Origin: Thermodesulfobacteriota bacterium
Lineage (GTDB): Bacteria; Desulfobacterota_D; UBA1144; Nemesobacterales; UBA2774
Direction: 5' to 3'
Assembly (NCBI GenBank): GCA_963422265.1
Contig: OY729416.1
Span: forward strand, 672,001-736,000
DNA: 64,000 nucleotides
The translations under genes and the position numbers were made by a program. Of the stretch, positions 20,527-29,065 are shown piece after piece (positions within the stretch are counted from its first letter, which is position 1; the number at the start of each line of letters is the position of its first letter). The notes beneath the pieces were generated by a model. The model was given only the letters and a program-made list of their open reading frames with translations. It had not been told where the DNA came from and searched no databases.

Positions 20527-21318
20527 TTAGACTCTCCCGATTTCAGAGCCTTTTGTTAAACTAGAGCCTTTGATTTGGTTACTATCTTTTAAGAAAGACA
20601 CGCGTCCACCGTAGGTAAGGCGCAGGTTATCCTCGGTAAAAACGTCGCTAACGGCGCCGCTCGCCATGAGGCACACGTTTAGAAGCGTCACCCAATCAAA
20701 ATACTCGGGAACCGTTTGGAGATCGTGATGAACGACAACAACGGTTTTTCCGCCCGAGCGTAATTCTTGAAGTAAAGATATTATGGCGCGTTCTGTAGTC
20801 GCGTCTACCCCTTGAAAAGGCTCGTCCATAAGATATATCTGGGCATCCTGCACGAGTGCACGTGCAAGGAAAACACGTTGCTGCTGCCCACCCGAAAGCT
20901 GGCTTATCTGACGCCCCGCATAATCAGACATCCCCACTTTTTCAAGGGCTTCAAGAGCCATTTTAAGCTCCTTTGTCCCAGGCCTTTTTATCCACCCTAA
21001 AGCCCCATAACGACCCATCATAACCACGTCCCTCACGCTAGTCGGAAAATCCCAGTCAACGCTACCCCTCTGCGGAACGTAACCTACAAGCCGACGGTTC
21101 TTAGAATATGACTCGCCGTATATAAGCACCCTACCCGCAGCGGCGTTAACCAGATTAAGGATCGATTTTATTAAGGTAGTCTTGCCAGCCCCGTTGGGAC
21201 CTACGATTGACATAAGCACGCCTTCTGGCACGTGAAGGTCAACATCCCAAAGAACGGGTTTTTCTTTATACGCCACCGTTAAATCTTCAATTTCAATTGC
21301 TCCGCGCTTCATTTTCAT
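20527..21318 (-). CDS. troB: Metal ABC transporter ATP-binding protein
   Basis: [42 protein letters not shown]. Confidence 0.93.
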   Translation of the reverse strand: MKMKRGAIEIEDLTVAYKEKPVLWDVDLHVPEGVLMSIVGPNGAGKTTLIKSILNLVNAAAGRVLIYGESYSKNRRLVGYVPQRGSVDWDFPTSVRDVVMMGRYGALGWIKRPGTKELKMALEALEKVGMSDYAGRQISQLSGGQQQRVFLARALVQDAQIYLMDEPFQGVDATTERAIISLLQELRSGGKTVVVVHHDLQTVPEYFDWVTLLNVCLMASGAVSDVFTEDNLRLTYGGRVSFLKDSNQIKGSSLTKGSEIGRV

Positions 21319-21445
21319 CTTTTGCCTTTGTCTTTCATTCTTCTCATTTTTTCATTTGCAAACTAACGCAGACGAAAATAGGTGTAAATACGAGGGTTCA
21401 TCCCTCTACCCTACAGGCCTTGTTTCAGCATCTACCGGGCGGTTT

Positions 21446-22408
21446 TCAAAACCGCTCCTTGCTCTTAAGGGCATTCACAATCGTACCGACGTTGTAGCGA
21501 ACCATACCGATATAATTACCCTCGGGCTTACCCGGATTACCCATCGCGTCTGAGAAAAGCTTTCCACCAATCTCTACACTAAATCCTTTTGCCTTTACCG
21601 ATGCCTGCACCGCCTCTATGTACTTAGGCTGCACGGAAGACTCAATGAAAATCGCAGGGATTTGCCTCTCCACAATAAAATAGGCGAGCGATTGGACGTC
21701 TGCAGTGCCTGCCTCAGATTCCGTGCTTATTCCCTGAAGTCCCCTCACTTCAAATCCATAGCCTTTACCAAAATAATTAAAGGCGTCATGGGCAGTTACA
21801 AGAACCCTTCTCTCTTTAGGAAGGGTTTCAATCATGGCTTTTACATGCTCGTTAAGTCTTGAAAGCTCAGCCAGATAAGCTAGCGCATTTCGGCTATAAA
21901 TAGCTGCGTTGTCCCTATCTTCTTTACTTAGATTATCTCTTACCGATCCTACAACGTCCATCCATAAAGCTACGTCAAACCATACGTGGGGATCGTAGTT
22001 GCCCTTAAACTCAGGCGGGGCTAAAAGTCTACCTCGGGAAATTCCGTCCGTAACCGCAACGGTATCTATCCGGCGTTTTTCCATCCGCTCGAATACTTCC
22101 GACATCTTACCCTCTAAATGAAGTCCGTTATAGAAAATTATATCCGCCTTAGATAATAGAGCGACGTCTCCTGCACTCGCCTTGTAAAGATGAGGATCAA
22201 CCCCCGGGCCCATAAGACATTTAACTTCTACTCTATCCCCACCAACTATCCGGACCACATCGGCTATCATCCCAGTGGTAGCAACTACGTTAAGGACATT
22301 TCCGTCAGCTTCATTGCTTTTAGATCGTCCACCATTATTATCTGCAAAACAGGATGAAAGTGTCACTGCTAACAAGAGTAATAACGGTATAAAAATATTG
22401 TGGTTCAT
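21446..22408 (-). CDS. troA: Metal ABC transporter substrate-binding lipoprotein (cluster A-I)
   Basis: Lipobox LSSC; GVDPHLY, DPHVWFD, TAHDAF, LFSDA (His-His-His-Asp ligand set). Confidence 0.93.
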   Translation of the reverse strand: MNHNIFIPLLLLLAVTLSSCFADNNGGRSKSNEADGNVLNVVATTGMIADVVRIVGGDRVEVKCLMGPGVDPHLYKASAGDVALLSKADIIFYNGLHLEGKMSEVFERMEKRRIDTVAVTDGISRGRLLAPPEFKGNYDPHVWFDVALWMDVVGSVRDNLSKEDRDNAAIYSRNALAYLAELSRLNEHVKAMIETLPKERRVLVTAHDAFNYFGKGYGFEVRGLQGISTESEAGTADVQSLAYFIVERQIPAIFIESSVQPKYIEAVQASVKAKGFSVEIGGKLFSDAMGNPGKPEGNYIGMVRYNVGTIVNALKSKERF

Positions 22409-22409
22409 C

Positions 22410-23087
22410 TTATATCACCTCGTCAGGCACTCCAGTAGCACCGGTAACAAATACGTGCCGCGCCGCTTCTATCCCTAGTATGTGGCTAATATCTTCAACC
22501 TTTATCGTTATGGGCCCTCCAAAAGGCTCTATTGAGATAACCTCTACCTCGGTTTTCGGATAAAGACCCATTTGGGCTATGTATCTAAGAAGGTTTGGAT
22601 CATGGTCACTCACCTCAACCACGACTCCTGACTGACCTGGATTAAGATCGGCAAGCGGTATGGAATCAATCTCTATTATGGTGCCGTCCCTACTAGGAAT
22701 GGGTGAGCCATGAGGATCCCTAGTCGGGTGACCGAGAACGGCGTCCATACGGTTTTCCAAGTCTTCGGACAACACGTGCTCCCACGTTTCTGCCTCCTGA
22801 TGAACTCGATCCCAAGGCACCCCCAAGGCTTCCGCTAGGTAAAGCTCAATCAATCTATGATGTCTTATTATCTCAAGGGCTATTTTTCGACCTGCCTTCG
22901 TAAGTTTAACTCCCTGATAAAGTTTATGAGTAATTAGCTTTTTCTCAGATAATTTTTTAATCATACTAGTAACGGACGCAGGCGCTACTCCTAACTTTCT
23001 AGACAGAGAGCTAGTGCTTACATGTTTCTCTTCTTTCTGAATCTCGTATATGGCTTTTAAGTAATCCTCAATTGATTCCGTGTACAT
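22410..23087 (-). CDS. mntR: DtxR/MntR family metal-dependent repressor with FeoA-like C-terminal domain
   Basis: EDYLKAIY, HHRLIELYL, EAETWEH, DPHGSPIP; ATG 23087 has a GGAG RBS. Confidence 0.93.
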   Translation of the reverse strand: MYTESIEDYLKAIYEIQKEEKHVSTSSLSRKLGVAPASVTSMIKKLSEKKLITHKLYQGVKLTKAGRKIALEIIRHHRLIELYLAEALGVPWDRVHQEAETWEHVLSEDLENRMDAVLGHPTRDPHGSPIPSRDGTIIEIDSIPLADLNPGQSGVVVEVSDHDPNLLRYIAQMGLYPKTEVEVISIEPFGGPITIKVEDISHILGIEAARHVFVTGATGVPDEVI

Positions 23088-23204
23088 TAATAATCTCCAA
23101 GACGCTTTCTCAACGGATTGGGGGTTTCCTCCAACGTTATTCACCTCTACTAAAATTAACTGCTACCAAAGGATCTCCCTTGAAAAAATATTTTAGTACA
23201 TAAA

Positions 23205-23238
23205 AACATAGATTTTAGACATGCCTAAAAACTATGTT
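23205..23238. promoter_or_regulatory. DtxR/MntR-type operator palindrome overlapping the -10 box of the metal operon promoter
   Basis: AACATAG-A-TTTTAG-ACATGC-CTAAAA-A-CTATGTT; minus-strand TTGACA (23257-23252)-N17-TAGTTT (23234-23229). Confidence 0.75.
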
Positions 23239-23381
23239 AAAAAAAGAAATTTGTCAAGCTAGAACACAGGCCATATTATATTATAAAAGTAAGGTAAATT
23301 TCCTTTTCTGTTGACGATTTGCAGGACACTCAGGACACTATGGTTACGTCCGTAAAAGCAAACCATAGAGAGGCGCCACCA

Positions 23382-24182
23382 ATGAGTAGAGTTCTGTTAC
23401 TAGTCTTTATAGCTTTTGGGGTTATTGGGGGTTGTGGAGTAGGTAATATCCGCTCGGATAAAGAAAAAGTTAGAACTCCGATATACAGTTACAGAATTAT
23501 CAACGCCTATAACCACGATGACAGGGCTTTCACTCAGGGATTAGCCTTTGATAACGGCACTTTTTATGAAAGCACCGGACTACACGGTAAATCAACCATA
23601 AGGAAGGTTGACTTTAGAACGGGAAAAGTGCTTAAATCCTACAAACTGCCCAACAAGTATTTCGGTGAGGGAATAGCAATTGTGGGTAACGAGATAATAC
23701 AAATTACCTGGAAGTCAAAAATCGGATTTGTATATGACAAAAATACGTTTAACCACCTAAAAACCTTTCACTATAACTCTCAGGGGTGGGGTCTCACCTA
23801 TGACGGCAATTACTTAATTATGAGCGACGGGAGCGAGACTCTGCGCTTCTTGCACCCTAAGACTTTCAATTTAGTCAGGAAACTAAACGTGCATGACGAC
23901 AACGGAACCGTTAAAAAATTAAACGAGCTTGAATACGTCCCACGCGCCAATGGAGGAGAAATTTTAGCCAATATTTGGCAATCTGACAGTATAGCTAGAA
24001 TAGACCCCGTGAACGGACGCGTTAAGGGATGGATAGACATTAGTAACCTGCTAAACGAAGATGATGTTAAAAAACCGGCGGACGGACCAAACGGAATAGC
24101 TTATGACTCTGGAAATAAGCGGCTATTTGTTACCGGAAAATTCTGGCCTAAAGTCTTTGAGATTGAGTTGGTTTTAGATTAG
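23382..24182 (+). CDS. Glutaminyl-peptide cyclotransferase (plant/bacterial beta-propeller type), probable lipoprotein
   Basis: HDDRAFTQGL, ESTGLHG, FGEGI, GWGLT, MSDGS, LNELE, NGIAYD, VTGKFW; lipobox IGGC. Confidence 0.92.
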   Translation: MSRVLLLVFIAFGVIGGCGVGNIRSDKEKVRTPIYSYRIINAYNHDDRAFTQGLAFDNGTFYESTGLHGKSTIRKVDFRTGKVLKSYKLPNKYFGEGIAIVGNEIIQITWKSKIGFVYDKNTFNHLKTFHYNSQGWGLTYDGNYLIMSDGSETLRFLHPKTFNLVRKLNVHDDNGTVKKLNELEYVPRANGGEILANIWQSDSIARIDPVNGRVKGWIDISNLLNEDDVKKPADGPNGIAYDSGNKRLFVTGKFWPKVFEIELVLD

Positions 24183-25068
24183 ATATTCTCTCAAGCGCGA
24201 GTAGCAAAGCCTGAGTGCCCTTACGCCCATGTCCCTGAGCTTTTGTAGCGATGTAAAGTTGATGCACTAATGACAGTCCGGGTAGGACAATACCCATCCT
24301 TTGGGACTCTTTAAGGGCAATTCCCATATCCTTAATAAAATGCTCAACGTAAAAACCCGGTCTGAAGTCCCTACTTACGATTCTAGGCGCCAGATTATCC
24401 AGCATCCAGCAGGCGGCAGCCCCTTTGCTAATGGAGCTAAGCATAGTGTTCACGTCTAGTCCTGCTCTATAAGCGTAAAGCAAGGTCTCACACGTGCCTA
24501 TCATAATCCCGGTTGCCATTATCTGATTGCACATTTTGGCGTGTTGTCCCTTCCCAGCTTTTCCTTGATGCACTATATTCTTTCCCATAAGCCTAAGCAA
24601 AGGCATAATTTCTCGAATCGCTCCCTTATCACCCCCGATCATTATAGAGAGCGTCCCTGCCCTAGCACCAATATCGCCACCCGAAACGGGCGCGTCAATG
24701 GCGGCTACCCTAAGATTTTTAGCGTAATTGTAAATCTCCTCGGCAAGAGATGGTTCAGTCGTCGTCATATCAACCAATGTGCTTCCCTCTTTAACGCCTT
24801 CAAACAAACCATTCTTTTCAAAATAGACCTCTCGGACATCTTTCGGGAAACCAATTATTGTAAATATAACGTTAGACCTTTCAGCTACCTGCTTCGGAGA
24901 CTTTGCCCATTCAGCCCCTTTGTCAAGCAACTGCTTCGCCTTTTTTTTCGTACGATTATAAACAACCACTTTATAACCCTTGTCAGTTAAATGCACACAC
25001 ATGGCGTTTCCCATAACGCCCGTTCCAATCCAGCCTATATTCGTTCTTGACGTGCTCACCCTAATCAT
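24148..25068 (-). CDS. NAD(P)-dependent beta-hydroxyacid dehydrogenase (3-hydroxyisobutyrate/tartronate semialdehyde reductase family)
   Basis: GWIGTGVMG, DAPVSGGDIGA, AKMCNQI, FIKDMGIA. Confidence 0.9.
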   Translation of the reverse strand: MIRVSTSRTNIGWIGTGVMGNAMCVHLTDKGYKVVVYNRTKKKAKQLLDKGAEWAKSPKQVAERSNVIFTIIGFPKDVREVYFEKNGLFEGVKEGSTLVDMTTTEPSLAEEIYNYAKNLRVAAIDAPVSGGDIGARAGTLSIMIGGDKGAIREIMPLLRLMGKNIVHQGKAGKGQHAKMCNQIMATGIMIGTCETLLYAYRAGLDVNTMLSSISKGAAACWMLDNLAPRIVSRDFRPGFYVEHFIKDMGIALKESQRMGIVLPGLSLVHQLYIATKAQGHGRKGTQALLLALERISNLKPTQSQRL

Positions 25069-25233
25069 ACCTTCCTCCCTTTAATAGAGATAATATCAAT
25101 TGAGAGCGGTGATGTAAATAATCAAACTACGCACAATTGTCTTTGCCCAAAATCTATGTAAAACTTAAATAAGTCAAGAATCAAAGAATGTTAGGCGCTA
25201 ACACTTTATCTGCGTAATCCGCGAATTGATAAT

Positions 25234-27894
25234 ATGCCCGAGCTCACCGCTAAACAGAAAGAAATAATTCAAGGCAAGGAGAATATACTGGTAATGGCAA
25301 ATCCGGGCACTGGTAAAACATTTATTCTCTCAAGTAAATTCTTATCCGCCATCCAGAATGGAGTCCGTCCGGAACAAATCCTCTGCCTTACGTTTACCGA
25401 TAAAGCAAGGCAAGAAATGGAGAGCCGCATTGTCCGATTGCTTTTGGAGAACCAGATAAGGATCGATTCCTCTAAACTACAGATAAAAACGTTTCATTCC
25501 TACGCTATGGAAAAACTGGAACAGCCGCCTATTATACCGTCTAACTTCCTAAGGTTCACCATATTTGAATACATAAAAGAAAACCACTTATTTGACTACG
25601 AACCATCCTACCTGATCTCGGAGATAGCATCTAAAATTGAGAGACTAATCCTTTTCTTAAAATCATTCGGTATAACCCCTGATAAGATAGATTTGGAGAA
25701 AACCAAATCCCTCCTTCAAAACGCGGATGAAACTAAGCTTGACGAAAAACACAAATTCGCAGAGGAGTTTGTAACTATATTTAATGATTACGAAAAGACT
25801 AAATCAGAGAAGGGTGTGGACTACACAGACTTGTTGATTAAATTCCTAGCACTTAAAAACATACCTAAGCATAAACTCGTTCTTGTTGACGAACTTCAAG
25901 ACCTAAACAGAATGGAAGCTGATATTGCCCTAAAGTCATCAAAAGAATTTTTCGCTGTCGGGGATAAAAAGCAAGCTATATTTGGATTTCAAGGAGGCTC
26001 AATCACAAATTTCGACCTCTTTCAGAGTAACTCAAGACAGTTCGTCCTATCAGACAATTTTAGGAGCACGGATGCAATTTTAAACTACGCAAAAGACTAT
26101 TTCCTTTCTAAAACTAAAGACCCTTCTCATAAAAAAGAGCTTGAAGATTTGAAAAGTGCCGATGGAAGAAGAGGCGATCCGCCAATTATCTACAAGGCTA
26201 AAAAAGAATTTATTCCAGATATAGCTAGTGAGCTATTAAAAAGATACGCGCAAGAACAAGGCCACATTGCCGTTATTACAAGAACCAATCGTCAGATTAC
26301 GGAAATATCAAAGCGCTTGACTAACAATGGAATAAACCATTCATCAACCTGTCTGGTAGCCTCAGGAGACGCCAAATTAAACGTTATACGGTTTCTAAAG
26401 GGTATCCTCAGCAACGATTTACTTGACGTTAGAAATGCCCTCTTTACGACTTTCGCGCCAGTGCCTTTGCGCACTGCTTTTGAGATCACCCAAATTACGG
26501 ATTTAACGCTCGAGAAACTTGAGAGGCTCACTCCAGAGTTCGCCAACCTTAGGCAATTCGTTAAGTCGCTTGAGCACGTCAACGAGCTTTTTAAGAATAA
26601 TATAATCCCCATAGCCGTATCACACGGGAGAGAATACTTTCTAGCGTCAACAAAAATCCAAGACGCCTTTCGAGAGTCGGTGGAATTTTTAAGCGACATA
26701 AAACTTGAAAACCTCATTGCTTATCTTGAGTCCACAAACTTAAATTACGAAGCGCCTGATACAGAGAGCAAAATTACTGTAACTACAATACATAAAGCTA
26801 AAGGAAGGGAGTTCGATACGGTTATCTACTTTCCAGGACAGACGAGCAATAAATCAAACTATCAGGATGAGGTTGTAGAATCCATACTTAAAACTCATGG
26901 CATTGATGCTGGACAACAAATTTATGAAGAAGGGTTGCGGACTGACTTCGTAGCGTTCACCCGCGCCAAAAACAAGCTGGTAATTTTGAGCGACTCGTCA
27001 CATAAGTTTATGAATCAATACGCCGTTGAAGGTAACTTATCATACAGGAATGAGGAGGGGATTCAGTTTAACGAATCTCAAAAAAAAGCCTACTCATTCT
27101 TCGTGGCGCGCGAGTTTGACAAAGCAAGAGAACTATTAGATAAAAAAGAGAAATGGATAACTGACTATGTGTTTAATTATTTTAACGATCTAAATAACAT
27201 TTCATTTTCATTTTTGATGGATAAGGCCTATGAATATCTTGTCACCTCTATACTCAGAATACGAGAGCAATCGGAGGCAATCACGATTGGACTGGAAGTT
27301 CACAGAATTGCAGAAAAGATAGTTAACGAAGGTAACTGTGACTGCACCGACGACTTTAAGCCGCTCAAAGATAATATCAACGCCCTAATTAGCTTAATAA
27401 AAAAGGAATATCCCGATAACTACGCCGCTGAGAAATTTATAAAGATTCCTCTGAATGAATTTATCGATACTGAAAAAGGCGGGGACATGTATTTCACAGG
27501 ACATATAGACGCAATTTTTCAAAATGGAGATAACTATTTTATCATAGATTGGAAAACCGACCGCAACCAAAACAGGGGAAGCACTCATCGCCAACAGTTA
27601 GCGGCTTATAAGAGGGCTTTTTGCATTGCGCATAAGATAGATACAGATAAGGTCCGCGTTGGAATCTGCTTTGTTAGACTAAGATCGGCTTTGAATACAG
27701 GAGAGCTAAGTTATCTGCTTGATAATAAACAACCAAATAAGCGTGCTTTCGAAACGTTCTCAAAGCGATTAAATAAAGTGCTTAAATGGAAAAGAGACCC
27801 TGAATCTTTTCTTAGCGAATTAAGCGAGACGGAAAGGGGTGAAGCACTGTGGAGAAGCATTGTAGAGCAATATCTCAAGGAAAAAGCGGTATAG
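25234..27894 (+). CDS. UvrD/SF1A helicase fused to a C-terminal PD-(D/E)XK nuclease
   Basis: ANPGTGKT, LTFT, VDELQD, VGDKKQAIFGFQG, NFRS, TIHKAKGREFD, FVAFTRAK; nuclease GHIDAIF..IIDWKT..QQLAAY. Confidence 0.88.
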   Translation: MPELTAKQKEIIQGKENILVMANPGTGKTFILSSKFLSAIQNGVRPEQILCLTFTDKARQEMESRIVRLLLENQIRIDSSKLQIKTFHSYAMEKLEQPPIIPSNFLRFTIFEYIKENHLFDYEPSYLISEIASKIERLILFLKSFGITPDKIDLEKTKSLLQNADETKLDEKHKFAEEFVTIFNDYEKTKSEKGVDYTDLLIKFLALKNIPKHKLVLVDELQDLNRMEADIALKSSKEFFAVGDKKQAIFGFQGGSITNFDLFQSNSRQFVLSDNFRSTDAILNYAKDYFLSKTKDPSHKKELEDLKSADGRRGDPPIIYKAKKEFIPDIASELLKRYAQEQGHIAVITRTNRQITEISKRLTNNGINHSSTCLVASGDAKLNVIRFLKGILSNDLLDVRNALFTTFAPVPLRTAFEITQITDLTLEKLERLTPEFANLRQFVKSLEHVNELFKNNIIPIAVSHGREYFLASTKIQDAFRESVEFLSDIKLENLIAYLESTNLNYEAPDTESKITVTTIHKAKGREFDTVIYFPGQTSNKSNYQDEVVESILKTHGIDAGQQIYEEGLRTDFVAFTRAKNKLVILSDSSHKFMNQYAVEGNLSYRNEEGIQFNESQKKAYSFFVAREFDKARELLDKKEKWITDYVFNYFNDLNNISFSFLMDKAYEYLVTSILRIREQSEAITIGLEVHRIAEKIVNEGNCDCTDDFKPLKDNINALISLIKKEYPDNYAAEKFIKIPLNEFIDTEKGGDMYFTGHIDAIFQNGDNYFIIDWKTDRNQNRGSTHRQQLAAYKRAFCIAHKIDTDKVRVGICFVRLRSALNTGELSYLLDNKQPNKRAFETFSKRLNKVLKWKRDPESFLSELSETERGEALWRSIVEQYLKEKAV

Positions 27895-27981
27895 TTGGGT
27901 TTGACATAATTACCAGTATAGGTTCAATATACGTTCGTATAGATGAAGCACACGTTATGAATTGCACACAATCACTGAACC

Positions 27982-28055
27982 GTCCCCGTAGCTCAGCAGG
28001 ATAGAGCACAGGATTCCTAATCCTGGGGTCAGAGGTTCGAATCCTCTCGGGGACG
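27982..28055 (+). tRNA. tRNA-Arg (anticodon CCT), CCA not encoded
   Basis: Acceptor GTCCCCG/CGGGGAC, D-arm GCTC/GAGC, anticodon arm CAGGA-TTCCTAA-TCCTG, T-arm AGAGG-TTCGAAT-CCTCT. Confidence 0.97.
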
Positions 28056-28065
28056 CAGTTTCTTT

Positions 28066-28983
28066 ATGGATCAGATACATATAATTTTATTTTACAAATT
28101 CACCGACATAGCCAACCCTGAGGAGTTTGCCAAGTCGCACTTGAGTTTCTGTAAGGGAGAAGAGCTAGTAGGCAAAGTGCTAGTAGCAAACGAGGGCATC
28201 AACGGCTCGCTCTCAGGTTCTAAAGAGCAGGTTGGCAAATATAAAAGATACCTGACGGGAATAGAACAATTCTCGGACGTAGTTTTTAGAGAGGAGACTT
28301 GCTCGTTTCATCCATTTAAGAAAATGGTAGTCCGCGTTAAAAATGAAATAATAAGAATGGAGCAAGAACTAGATTTAACTAAAAGAGGAAAATACATAAC
28401 TCCTGAAGAATTACTTGAGCTTTATGAGACCGATGAAGACTTCATAATCCTAGATGCGCGAAATAGATATGAATCGGAGGTAGGAAGGTTCAAGAACGCT
28501 ATTACCCCTGACATAGAAACCTTTAGAGAATTTCCGGAAGCACTTAAATCGTTTAGCAAAGTAAAGGACAAAAAAATTGTCACCTACTGCACAGGTGGAA
28601 TAAGGTGTGAAAAAGCTACCGCATACATGTTAAAAGAAGGTTTTACAAATGTTTATCAGCTTAAAGGCGGTATTATAAACTTTTGCCAGAAACATCATAA
28701 CACAGTTTGGAATGGAAAATGCTTTGTATTTGATCAAAGACTAATCTCAGACGTCGATCCAGAAAGTGGCTCAATCACAACATGCGTTTCTTGCAACGAG
28801 AGTTGCGACAAGTATCGGAACTGTAAACACGTTGCCTGCGACAATCTGATAATACTATGTGATCTTTGCACTCACAGACTGAATGGATGCTGTTCTCAGG
28901 CTTGCGCTGAAGAATACAGCTCTCATGTAACTAAAAAATCACAAGAAAGACAAGCCCATCATCTTTTAAGAGAAGTTAAGTAG
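28066..28983 (+). CDS. trhO: Rhodanese-domain tRNA U34 hydroxylase (UPF0176/YceA family)
   Basis: LFYKF, EGINGSLSG, LDARNRYE..VGRF, YCTGGIRCEKA, QLKGGI, GKCFVFDQR, Cys-rich C-terminus. Confidence 0.9.
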   Translation: MDQIHIILFYKFTDIANPEEFAKSHLSFCKGEELVGKVLVANEGINGSLSGSKEQVGKYKRYLTGIEQFSDVVFREETCSFHPFKKMVVRVKNEIIRMEQELDLTKRGKYITPEELLELYETDEDFIILDARNRYESEVGRFKNAITPDIETFREFPEALKSFSKVKDKKIVTYCTGGIRCEKATAYMLKEGFTNVYQLKGGIINFCQKHHNTVWNGKCFVFDQRLISDVDPESGSITTCVSCNESCDKYRNCKHVACDNLIILCDLCTHRLNGCCSQACAEEYSSHVTKKSQERQAHHLLREVK

Positions 28984-29065
28984 AACCAAGAAGAGCGCTA
29001 GATTCCTCGGCTATGCGCAAGTAATGATAATAAGCAGTGGCATACCCTTAGGTTAGATGTCATAA

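Noticed and set aside
23088-23204. yybP-ykoY manganese riboswitch in the mntR leader
   Set aside because: The AAGGGGAGUAGC-type core is not present; only a small hairpin near 23118-23134
23937-23957. PRANG extra residues in glutaminyl cyclase as a repeat insert
   Set aside because: Looks like a short insertion, but the DNA is barely palindromic and unlike the other units
27894-29065. Genomic island integrated at tRNA-Arg
   Set aside because: No integrase and no duplicated tRNA 3' end seen in the window
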